Below are positions 25,742-32,924 of a stretch of DNA of 41,083 nucleotides, piece by piece. The DNA lies in the IMG/VR virus record IMGVR_UViG_3300043607_000027, positions 1 through 41,083 of that record; one strand, written 5' to 3'. Every line of letters begins with the position of its first letter. The first letter of the stretch is position 1. The position numbers were made by a program, and so were the translations under genes. A model generated the notes under the pieces. It had not been told where the DNA came from. It searched no databases and saw only the letters and a list, made by a program, of their open reading frames with translations. Origin of the DNA: a virus.

Positions 25742-25790
25742 AGTGGATGCGTCATATACACACACGGCAAACATGGCAAGAGGAATCGTG
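25729..25790. promoter_or_regulatory. divergent promoter/switch region
   Basis: The gap between the divergent starts is only 49 bp. Plus strand: TTGCTT-N18-CATATA (25729..25758). Minus strand: TTGCCA-N15-TATATG, using the same hexamer, ending 11 nt before ATG 25741. Confidence 0.35.
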
Positions 25791-26012
25791 ATGAGGTTCA
25801 CCAAGGAAAACACGCCGGAAGGGAACGACGACGACATAAGGAAGATGAACGAACGCTATTACATCGTCGCCGATAGCGTGCGCCCTGGCGGATTTACGCC
25901 GGATTTCCTGGAGAAGTTAGCTGAGGTAATCCGGGAGGAGGTGATGGTGCAGCGACGGTTAAGGGAGGCTTTCCGAGACTATCAACGAAAGGGTGGCACA
26001 GATGGCGGATAA
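25791..26012 (+). CDS. hypothetical early protein
   Basis: 73 aa from ATG 25791 (AGAGGA 7 nt upstream). The track start 25734 would overlap the divergent gene. Confidence 0.55.
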   Translation: MRFTKENTPEGNDDDIRKMNERYYIVADSVRPGGFTPDFLEKLAEVIREEVMVQRRLREAFRDYQRKGGTDGG

Positions 26013-26019
26013 TTGCCTC

Positions 26020-26048
26020 TTGCATTATGGATTGAGATGGTTCATATA
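26020..26048 (+). promoter_or_regulatory. sigma70-like promoter candidate TTGCAT-N17-CATATAgg
   Basis: Hexamers at 26020..26025 and 26043..26048. The same CATATAGG -10 context with 17-nt spacing recurs on the minus strand at 32120..32150. Confidence 0.35.
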
Positions 26049-26071
26049 GGTTTGGTCTCGCCGAAAGGCGG

Positions 26072-26110
26072 ACAAAGAAAAACCGGCGGCGCGGGGGAAG
26101 GCGCCGCCGG
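26072..26110 (-). terminator. intrinsic terminator, minus orientation
   Basis: Perfect 10-bp GC stem ccggcggcgc/gcgccgccgg with an 8-nt loop. On the minus strand it is followed by TTTTTCTTTGT. There is no T-run in the plus orientation. Confidence 0.6.
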
Positions 26111-26153
26111 AAGTGGGGGTGTGACGAATCGAGTGGAAAAGGAAGTGAAGCAG

Positions 26154-26414
26154 ATGAAAACGAGCAACGCAACATTGATGACGAAGTGCCGGGACTGCTC
26201 CGGGCATGGGATGAGAAGCCTCGACCACCCGAATGATCCGAACGGGCGGTCCTGGACCTGCCGCGAATGTGAAGGGACCGGAGAGGTCGTGGCGTCTTGC
26301 GAGTGCTGCTCCAGGGACGCGGTGGAAGTATTCGATGGGCTGATGCTCTGCTCGGTGTGCGCGGAAGAGCAGCGACTGGACTACGCGATCGACGCGGCGG
26401 AGTGGAGAGCATGA
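26154..26414 (+). CDS. DnaJ-type zinc-finger (CxxCxGxG) small protein
   Basis: 86 aa from ATG 26154 (AAGGAAG upstream). Contains CRDCSGHG and CRECEGTG, plus CECC..x..CSVC. Confidence 0.65.
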   Translation: MKTSNATLMTKCRDCSGHGMRSLDHPNDPNGRSWTCRECEGTGEVVASCECCSRDAVEVFDGLMLCSVCAEEQRLDYAIDAAEWRA

Positions 26415-26584
26415 GCGGGCGTCTGACCGCTTACGACATCCGAATGATGCTGTTGGAGTTGGATATCGCGGAGAAGCACCGGGAGATGCCGGGGCTACAC
26501 GACTCCAGCATCAACTCGGTGCGCCAGACGCTGCTGCGCGCCAGCCTCGGTGAGGTGACGGTGGAGACGGAGGAAAAACCATGA
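26411..26584 (+). CDS. hypothetical 57-aa early protein
   Basis: An ATGA overlap with the upstream stop defines ATG 26411. No family recognised. Confidence 0.5.
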   Translation: MSGRLTAYDIRMMLLELDIAEKHREMPGLHDSSINSVRQTLLRASLGEVTVETEEKP

Positions 26585-26730
26585 GCGCGTGGCTTAAAAC
26601 AGACGATACGGGCCGCGTCTGGATCGTCGATGCCGAAGGCTGGGAATACGCGGGACCGTATGACACCCCGGAAGAGGCGCTGAAAGCTCACCCGGAAGCC
26701 GAAAGCGAGGACGCGCCATGGACGAGGTGA
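26581..26730 (+). CDS. hypothetical 49-aa acidic early protein
   Basis: ATGA overlap. MSAWLKTDDTGRVWIVDAEGWEYAGPYDTPEEALKAHPEAESEDAPWTR. Below the track cutoff. Confidence 0.45.
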   Translation: MSAWLKTDDTGRVWIVDAEGWEYAGPYDTPEEALKAHPEAESEDAPWTR

Positions 26731-27002
26731 TGAGGGGGATCGTGGAGGATGACCGCGCGCGGCGTCTGGGAGCGGCGCTGACGGCGTTGCGGTGGACCTC
26801 GGGGGATCTGGCGGAGGTGCTTGGCGTCGGCGTCAGCACCGCGCGGAGGTGGCGGGAAGGGCTATATCCGGTCCCGGACGCCGTCATGGCCTGGATCGAG
26901 GGCCTCGCCGGCGCGGTGGCGGCCGCGGGGCCGCCGCCGGTGCGGGTTCGGGTTGGGCATCGACCGTCGAAGGAGATGGACGAATGGGCTGAATGGGGGT
27001 GA
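26718..27002 (+). CDS. putative HTH DNA-binding protein
   Basis: 94 aa. TSGDLAEVLGVGVSTARRWREGLYPVP reads as a helix-turn-helix. Confidence 0.55.
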   Translation: MDEVMRGIVEDDRARRLGAALTALRWTSGDLAEVLGVGVSTARRWREGLYPVPDAVMAWIEGLAGAVAAAGPPPVRVRVGHRPSKEMDEWAEWG

Positions 27003-28000
27003 GCGCATACTACAACGAGAACGATCCCGCCGCCGCCGCGTGGCTGCGGGAGCTGATCAAAGCGGGAGAGATCGCGGACGGCGTGGTCGATGACCGTGGA
27101 GTGGAGGAGGTCACGGCGCATGACGTTCGAGGGTTCACGCAATGCCATTTCTTCGCCGGCATCGGGGCATGGTCGCTTGCCCTCCGGCGCGGCGGCTGGG
27201 ACGACGAAAGGCCGGTCTGGACCGCCAGCCTCCCCTGCCAGCCCTTCTCCAACGCCGGGAAGCGAGAGGGAGTCGAGGACCGGAGACACCTCTGGCCCGT
27301 GTTCTTCCGGCTCATGCTCGCCGGCAAGTGCCCGTTTGTCCCGGTCCTTGGCGAGCAGGTTAGCGGCCGAGGCGGCCTCGAATGGTTCGACCTTGTATCG
27401 GCTGACCTGGAAGGTGAGGGATACGCCGTCGGGGCGACAGATACCTGCGCTGCGGGGTTCGGCGCGCCGCATCTTAGACAACGATTGTATTGGCTGGCCG
27501 ACGCCCAAATCGATCGACAGCACATCGAACCGGGAAAGCGCGGAGAGCCGAAAGGCGCGGGGCTCGTCGGGATCGATCAACCTGACGACGGCGTCGGAGC
27601 TGGCGGGCTGGCCGACGCCGATGGCGGGCACGTCGGCCAGGGGCGGAAACAACGAAGCGGGGAACAACGACAGCAGCCGGAGGACGGTGGCGCTGACGGG
27701 CTGGGTCTCGCCGACAGCGGGGGATCATGGACGCGGCGTGAAGCCGCCGCGTTCATGGGACGCGGGGATACCCCTGTCGCAGCAGGTGGCGGGGATCGCC
27801 CCGGCCCGGTTAACGGCCACTGGGCAGCTGCTGACTGGCTGCCGTGCCGGGACAACAAATGGCGGCCAGTTGAACCCGGCGCATTCCCGCTGGCTTCAGG
27901 GGTTGCCGCCCGTGTGGGACGCCTGCGCGGCTATGGCAATTCCCTCTGTGTCCCGCAGGCGGAAGCCTTCGTCAGGGCGGCCATCGACGCCCTCTGGTGA
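26993..28000 (+). CDS. DNA (cytosine-5) methyltransferase (annotated frame; central part probably not the selected frame)
   Basis: 335-aa ORF. Motifs I HFFAGIG, IV PCQPFS, VI GEQV, VIII GAPHLRQRLYW and X GYGNSLCVPQAEAF. Residues ~170-310 are G/R/D/A-rich filler. See the finding on the two frames. Confidence 0.75.
   Translation: MGVSAYYNENDPAAAAWLRELIKAGEIADGVVDDRGVEEVTAHDVRGFTQCHFFAGIGAWSLALRRGGWDDERPVWTASLPCQPFSNAGKREGVEDRRHLWPVFFRLMLAGKCPFVPVLGEQVSGRGGLEWFDLVSADLEGEGYAVGATDTCAAGFGAPHLRQRLYWLADAQIDRQHIEPGKRGEPKGAGLVGIDQPDDGVGAGGLADADGGHVGQGRKQRSGEQRQQPEDGGADGLGLADSGGSWTRREAAAFMGRGDTPVAAGGGDRPGPVNGHWAAADWLPCRDNKWRPVEPGAFPLASGVAARVGRLRGYGNSLCVPQAEAFVRAAIDALW
27360..27930 (+). other. alternative-frame segment (frame of ORF 27090..28013) encoding Dcm-like TRD and motif IX
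   Basis: This frame translates to ..GSTLYRLTWKVRDTPSGR..GWPTPKS..LAGWPTPMAG..GWVSPTAGD..QLNPAHSRWLQGLPPVWD. Hand-counted GC3 is ~84% here, against ~68% for the annotated frame over 27492..27929. Confidence 0.5.
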
Positions 28001-28041
28001 GGATTGGTGGTAGCGGGAAGATGAAACCGAGGGGGTGAACG

Positions 28042-30594
28042 ATGACGAAGAACAACGACGACAAAACACGCGGGTTGAACCTACGGGATATTCCCGGCCT
28101 CGCCGCGATGCTGAGGGAAGAGCGGTGGATCGACTGGTGGCGGCAACCGATCAAACGGAAAGACGGTAAGCCGGGGTTCCGCAAGGTGCCGCGCATTCCT
28201 GGAACACTGGAGAACGCCAGATCCAACGACCTGACCGGGGCGAGAGGTTATGATGTCGCCCGCGCGGCGGCGCTGGCGGACAAGGGTCTGGCCGGGGTTG
28301 GCTGGATGATGCTGGACGATTTCGGGCGCGCGGCCATCGATATCGATCACTGCCGTGACCCCGTGACGGGGAAGATCGACGGATGGGCGCTGGCGCTCCT
28401 GACAGCCGCCCCAGGGGCGTATCGAGAAGTGACGCCCTCCGGGACTGGCCTGCGGATCATCGGGATGATCAAAGCCGCCGCTGGGGCAGAACCCGTAGAG
28501 GCGTTCCAGGGCAATCTACAGGTGAAGGCGTGGGTCGAGGGGCTGGAGGGGTCTGGCGGCGAAGAGGAGCGAGCCTGGTGGGGTAAGGGGATCAAGGCCC
28601 GCGCGGCGGTGGAGATATTCCACGCCTGCGCGCGGTTCATCACGGTCACGGGGTGGGACGGAATCGGTGATTGTGAAACCGATATATCGACCGTCGTGGA
28701 ATGGCTGATGGAACGGGCGGAGAAAGGGCGGACGATGGCCGGCGTCGCCGCGCCACCGCCCGCCATGCTGCTGGGCGAGATCGAGGATGTCATCGCCTGC
28801 CTCGCCGAGATCCCCAACCCCGATAGCCCTGACTGGGACCGCTTCGCGGTCAGGATCGGGATGGCGGTGTGGGGCGCCACGGGCGGGAGCGAAGAAGGTT
28901 TCGCCGCCTGGGTGGATTGGTCGGCCAAAGCCGAGAGTCAGCATGACGAGAGCGTTTGCCTCGAGCGGTGGAAACATTGGAGCACCTCGACGCCACCGGG
29001 GTCGGGTATCTGGACGCTGATACGTCGGGCGCGGGAGACGGCGCCGGGGTGGCCGCCGCCGACGTGGCGACCAGAGCGGGTGTTCGAGGTGGTCGAGGGG
29101 CCGGAAGGGAACGGAGGCGAGCCCCCGCCGGGGGAGTTGGAAAGGCCGGCGGGCGAAACGACCCCGGCTGGTGGTAAGAAGAAAAAACCCGCCGCCGTTG
29201 GATCGGTCGTCACCGAGGGGAACACGGCGGACGCCTTCACGACGCTGCACGCGGAGCATCTTCGTTTCGATCACACACGCGGCAAGTGGTCGTTGTGGGA
29301 CGGCACGCGGTGGAGGCGGGAAGAAACCAAACTCGCCTACCGCTGGGCGCACGCGGAAGCGCGACGGCTGGCGCGAGGGAAAGGATCAACGGTCGCGGTG
29401 CGGGCGGGTAAGGCCGCCTTCGCCGCCGGGGTCGAACGACTGGCGCAGGCGGGGGAAGCGTTCGCGGTCACGCATGAGATATGGGACCGCGATCCATGGT
29501 TGTTGGGCACGCCGGATGGCGTCGTTGACCTGCGGACGGGAGCGACGAGGGAAGCACGTCCAGAGGACTACATCACGCGGTTGACAGCCGTGGCGCCCGC
29601 CGAGGGCGAATACTGCCCGTTGTGGCTGGCGTTCCTGAATGAAGCCACCGATGGCGACGCGGGGATGATCGGATTCCTTCAGAGATGGTTCGGCTACTGC
29701 CTCACCGGAATAACCCAGGAGCACGCCCTGGTATTCATTCACGGCGACGGCGGGAACGGAAAAGGTGTCGCCATGAACACCATTCACGGGATCATGGGCG
29801 ACCACGCGGTGAACGCGGCGATGGATACGTTCGTGGTGACACGCGGCGATAAGCACACGACGGATCTGGCCATGTTGGACGGCGCGAGGATGGTGATGGC
29901 GTCGGAGGTGGAGGAGGGCCAGACCTGGGCCGAGGCGCGGATCAAGGCGATCACGGGCGGCGATCCGATAACCGCCCGCTTCATGCGGCAGGACAATTTC
30001 ACCTTCATTCCGAGGTTCAAGTTGACGATCAGCGGCAATCACAAGCCGGCGCTGAAAGGCGTCGATAACTCCACCCGTCGCCGGTTCAATATCGTCCCGT
30101 TCAATAAACGACCCGCCGTGCCCGACCCGGAACTGTCCGAGAAGCTGAAAGCGGAATGGCCGGGGATTTTGCGATGGATGATCAACGGGTGCCTGGAATG
30201 GCAACGAGTGGGGCTGGCCGCGCCGGATAAGGTGGTGGCCGCCACCAGGGATTATTTCGAGGCGCAGGATTATTTCGGGCGATGGCTGGAGGACAGATGC
30301 AATCTCGGATGGGGTCTGAAAGACACGCCCATCGCATTGCTGCGCAGTTTCGAGGACTGGTGTCGGACTAACAGGGAAGAGATAATCGACAGTCGTAGAC
30401 TGCATGGAATGTTGGAGAAAACAAAGGGTGTCGATTTCGCCAGGGGCAGGGACGGCCGTTTCGTCACTGGAATAGAACTGAAGGAAACGACGGTGGCCAG
30501 AGAGAGAAAAGCGGCGGAAGAGGCCGAAAAAGCCGCTGCCGCCGGGGGTGGTGGCGCGCCCGTGCCCGAAGAAGAAGCCCCCGGAGAGTTTTGA
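28042..30594 (+). CDS. bifunctional primase-helicase (prim-pol/PriCT-2 N-terminal region + D5/P4-type SF3 helicase)
   Basis: 850 aa. N-terminal DIDHCRDP..TPSGTGLRIIG. PriCT-like WDRFAVRIGMAVWGATGGSEEGFAAWVDWS. Walker A GDGGNGKG. The P4-family C-terminal block is ..ITARFMRQDNFTF.PRFKL..SGNHKP... Confidence 0.9.
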   Translation: MTKNNDDKTRGLNLRDIPGLAAMLREERWIDWWRQPIKRKDGKPGFRKVPRIPGTLENARSNDLTGARGYDVARAAALADKGLAGVGWMMLDDFGRAAIDIDHCRDPVTGKIDGWALALLTAAPGAYREVTPSGTGLRIIGMIKAAAGAEPVEAFQGNLQVKAWVEGLEGSGGEEERAWWGKGIKARAAVEIFHACARFITVTGWDGIGDCETDISTVVEWLMERAEKGRTMAGVAAPPPAMLLGEIEDVIACLAEIPNPDSPDWDRFAVRIGMAVWGATGGSEEGFAAWVDWSAKAESQHDESVCLERWKHWSTSTPPGSGIWTLIRRARETAPGWPPPTWRPERVFEVVEGPEGNGGEPPPGELERPAGETTPAGGKKKKPAAVGSVVTEGNTADAFTTLHAEHLRFDHTRGKWSLWDGTRWRREETKLAYRWAHAEARRLARGKGSTVAVRAGKAAFAAGVERLAQAGEAFAVTHEIWDRDPWLLGTPDGVVDLRTGATREARPEDYITRLTAVAPAEGEYCPLWLAFLNEATDGDAGMIGFLQRWFGYCLTGITQEHALVFIHGDGGNGKGVAMNTIHGIMGDHAVNAAMDTFVVTRGDKHTTDLAMLDGARMVMASEVEEGQTWAEARIKAITGGDPITARFMRQDNFTFIPRFKLTISGNHKPALKGVDNSTRRRFNIVPFNKRPAVPDPELSEKLKAEWPGILRWMINGCLEWQRVGLAAPDKVVAATRDYFEAQDYFGRWLEDRCNLGWGLKDTPIALLRSFEDWCRTNREEIIDSRRLHGMLEKTKGVDFARGRDGRFVTGIELKETTVARERKAAEEAEKAAAAGGGGAPVPEEEAPGEF

Positions 30595-30605
30595 TTTTAG
30601 ATAAA

Positions 30606-30699
30606 CGGTGACAGGGTGTGTCAGGTCAACCACAGTTGCCCTCATACGCGCGCCCGGGTAAACGGAGTTACGTGTTTGACCTGACATACCCTGTCACCG
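30606..30699. repeat. 24-bp-arm inverted repeat with 46-nt spacer (origin/terminator/regulatory candidate)
   Basis: cggtgacagggtgtgtcaggtcaa (30606..30629) pairs with ttgacctgacataccctgtcaccg (30676..30699) at 23/24 positions. It lies in the 128-nt gap after the primase-helicase gene. Confidence 0.85.
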
Positions 30700-30722
30700 A
30701 TTGATGTTTGATAATGGAGTGA

Positions 30723-31199
30723 ATGATGAACGGCTGGAAAACGAGAGAATACCAGGTCCTGGGGCTGCGTACGGGCGGCGATTACCTCGGGGCGTGGGCG
30801 AAGATCAGGGCGCGGGTTGATTCTTTCAGTCCCACCGCGGCGGAAACAGGCCCGTTGGATTTTAGCGTGCCGTGGCTGCTGGAGGATCTGATCCGGGGCG
30901 TTGATTACGTGATCTGGGAATCGCTCGCGGATGAAATTGAAATGACGCCGGATGTCAGCGCCGCGTGGGCTTTCGAGCACGGCAAAATACAGGGGCGCGT
31001 GGAGGCCGCGACGGCGGGAATAAGACAGATCCGAGGTCACGCGGTCTCCGCTTTGTCGTGGTCCCGTTCGTGGGGCCTGGAATACCCAGGCATGAACGGG
31101 CTGAGGCAGGACGCACGCGACGCGGTCGAGATCGCGTGGCGCGGCTGGACAGACATGCGATACGACCTCACGGGCGCGCTCGAGCCCATGACCGCGTGA
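30723..31199 (+). CDS. hypothetical protein
   Basis: 158 aa with GGAG upstream. No family recognised. Confidence 0.65.
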   Translation: MMNGWKTREYQVLGLRTGGDYLGAWAKIRARVDSFSPTAAETGPLDFSVPWLLEDLIRGVDYVIWESLADEIEMTPDVSAAWAFEHGKIQGRVEAATAGIRQIRGHAVSALSWSRSWGLEYPGMNGLRQDARDAVEIAWRGWTDMRYDLTGALEPMTA

Positions 31200-31639
31200 C
31201 CCTCATTCTTGGGATCGACCCCGGCAGGGCTGGCGCGGCGGCGCTGATACGAGTGGAGGCGGGCAAACCTCCCGGCGCCGTTATCGCGCCTTTGTCCGAT
31301 CGGTGGTTTTTGTTGGCCACACGCAATGTCAGGCTTGTCGTCGTCGAAGCCCAACATGCCTCCCCTCAAATGGGCACACGCTCGGCCTTCGCCCTGGGGC
31401 AGGCATACGGGGCCGTCAGGGGCGTGCTGGCGACGCTGCCGGGGTTGAGAGTGGAATATGTCCAGCCGGCGGTATGGAGGGGTGCGTATGGCCTCGGGGG
31501 AGGTGCTACGGGCAAAGCGGCCGGCGTCGCCATGGCCAGGGAGATCCTCCAACAGCCTGAACGGGTCCTCACCCATGACGAGGCGGACGCGGCGCTGCTG
31601 GCGTGGTGGGGGTGGCGAAACATCGTCCAGAAACAGTGA
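31196..31639 (+). CDS. RuvC-like Holliday-junction resolvase
   Basis: 147 aa from GTG 31196, which forms a GTGA overlap (the track start 30965 is an off-frame-looking extension). N-terminal LILGIDPGRAGAAAL and a late HDEADAALLA acidic motif. Confidence 0.75.
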   Translation: MTLILGIDPGRAGAAALIRVEAGKPPGAVIAPLSDRWFLLATRNVRLVVVEAQHASPQMGTRSAFALGQAYGAVRGVLATLPGLRVEYVQPAVWRGAYGLGGGATGKAAGVAMAREILQQPERVLTHDEADAALLAWWGWRNIVQKQ

Positions 31640-31668
31640 AGGCGGCCCGAGGGCCGCCTTTTGCTTTT
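31639..31668 (+). terminator. intrinsic terminator between convergent genes
   Basis: aaggcggcc-cgag-ggccgcctt (9-bp stem) followed by ttgcttttg. It begins at the resolvase stop codon. Confidence 0.7.
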
Positions 31669-31681
31669 GGTCAATGACTGA

Positions 31682-32086
31682 TCAGGCCAGGGTATAGAAG
31701 ATCCGGCCGTCATCGGCCTTGAAGATGTTGCCGCTGATCTGGCCTTCGCTGGCGCGGGCTTCGTATTCGGCCCAGTCGAAGTCCTCCAGATCACAGGCGT
31801 CCATGCCGCATTCCCGCATGTCGCCGGCGATCAGTTGAATGAACAGCGCGTTGATTTCTTCTTTCGACCAGGAAGCGCGCTTTTTGGCATCCCATGCGCC
31901 GGTTTCCCTGGCCCAGTTCAACATGGCGTCAAGCTCATCCTCGGTGTTCAACAATGGCTCACGCGAAGCCTGGTCCTTCGCCGCGTTCCATGTGAGTGCC
32001 GATGCGTTCGCGCCGTGAGTCGCGACCGAGCCCGAGAAAGCCCAGGTGTCGGTTCCGGTGATGAATGAAGTGATATCGATTTCCAT
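31682..32086 (-). CDS. acidic hypothetical protein (isolated minus-strand gene)
   Basis: 134 aa from ATG 32086. By my count 25 D/E against 11 K/R. It has its own promoter candidate and a downstream hairpin. No family recognised. Confidence 0.7.
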   Translation of the reverse strand: MEIDITSFITGTDTWAFSGSVATHGANASALTWNAAKDQASREPLLNTEDELDAMLNWARETGAWDAKKRASWSKEEINALFIQLIAGDMRECGMDACDLEDFDWAEYEARASEGQISGNIFKADDGRIFYTLA

Positions 32087-32119
32087 GGTGGTTATCCTGT
32101 TTGACTGTTTAGCACCATC

Positions 32120-32150
32120 CCTATATGGACCTGTTGCGTTCATAGGTCAA
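32120..32150 (-). promoter_or_regulatory. sigma70-like promoter candidate TTGACC-N17-CATATAgg
   Basis: The minus-strand hexamers correspond to plus-strand coordinates 32145..32150 and 32122..32127. The -10 element ends ~35 nt before ATG 32086. The format matches the 26020..26048 candidate. Confidence 0.35.
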
Positions 32151-32178
32151 CAGGTATTTCGGGGTCTGTGTGAAATAG

Positions 32179-32208
32179 TTGCCTGAACAGGCAAACCGTG
32201 ACAGGGTC
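32179..32208. promoter_or_regulatory. 7-2-7 palindrome TTGCCTGaaCAGGCAA plus GTGACAGGGT box upstream of terS
   Basis: The palindrome is at 32179..32194. The adjacent cgtgacagggt (32197..32207) repeats the outer part of the 30606..30699 inverted-repeat arms. Confidence 0.4.
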
Positions 32209-32229
32209 GCATCTGTATCAGCCCATGGG

Positions 32230-32622
32230 ATGTTGTCTCAATTGCCTGGAAACACGCAGAAAGGATTGAAGAATCCGAATAAGGTGCGGGTTACTTCATG
32301 GAAGCCTGGCGAGTCCGGGAACAAGGATGGTCGCCCAAAAGCGTATAAGGATATTCAGGCGTTGGCGAAGGTTCACACGCCGGCGGCGATCGCCGCGCTT
32401 GTGTTGTCGCTACAGGACGAACGAACGCGCGTGCCGGCGGCTGTCGCCTTGCTGGATCGTGGATGGGGTAAGCCGTCGCAGTCGCTCGACATCAACTCTA
32501 ACTCAACCATTGAGCTGCACTTAGTGGCGGCTCGGGCTATCAGCGCAACCCTCATTGAACAGCAATCAACGCCAACAATAGAGACGATCGAGTCCACGTC
32601 TACAGATTTGCCAACGGAATGA
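32230..32622 (+). CDS. terS: terminase small subunit
   Basis: 130 aa from the first ATG. WKPGESGNKDGRPK and RVPAAVALLDRGWGKP match the common small-terminase signature (PGqSGNP.GRPK ... AA..LLdRGwGKP). It lies upstream of terL. The start is uncertain (no clear SD). Confidence 0.7.
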   Translation: MLSQLPGNTQKGLKNPNKVRVTSWKPGESGNKDGRPKAYKDIQALAKVHTPAAIAALVLSLQDERTRVPAAVALLDRGWGKPSQSLDINSNSTIELHLVAARAISATLIEQQSTPTIETIESTSTDLPTE

Positions 32623-32731
32623 TAGCGCAATGAACACGCATCTAATCATGGAGTGTGTCCGCATACGTCCGTTTGGACATGATCCCAATGCCAAAGGTCA
32701 AGCCGCAGTCAACATGATCGCGCGATCGGGC

Positions 32732-32777
32732 GCACACGCGCGCGCGCGCGCTCAGGCGCGCGGGCGGGCGCCCGCCC
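32732..32777. repeat. alternating purine-pyrimidine run plus 16-bp GC palindrome
   Basis: gcacacgcgcgcgcgcgcgc (32732..32751) is 20 nt of strict alternating purine-pyrimidine (RY). gggcgggcgcccgccc (32762..32777) is a perfect palindrome. Confidence 0.85.
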
Positions 32778-32847
32778 CCCTGCCCGCGCGTGGGGCGATG
32801 GCACTGGCACCCCTTCCAAATTTCCCCGGCACTATTTTGAAAACACG

Positions 32848-32924
32848 TTACGCTTTTGGAATTAATATCCTTCCAAAAATTCCTCGGGGATTTCTGAATC
32901 ATCATTACGATTTTGGAATTAATG
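32848..32924. repeat. 19-bp direct repeat pair in an AT-rich island
   Basis: ttacgCttttggaattaat (32848..32866) and ttacgAttttggaattaat (32906..32924). There is also an 8-bp inverted repeat, ttttggaa/ttccaaaa (32854..32878). Confidence 0.85.

Noticed and set aside
30642-31040. Minus-strand 132-aa ORF starting inside the big inverted repeat.
   Set aside because: It is the antisense frame of the 30723..31199 gene, Arg-rich, with no SD. It is probably an artefact of open frames in GC-rich DNA.
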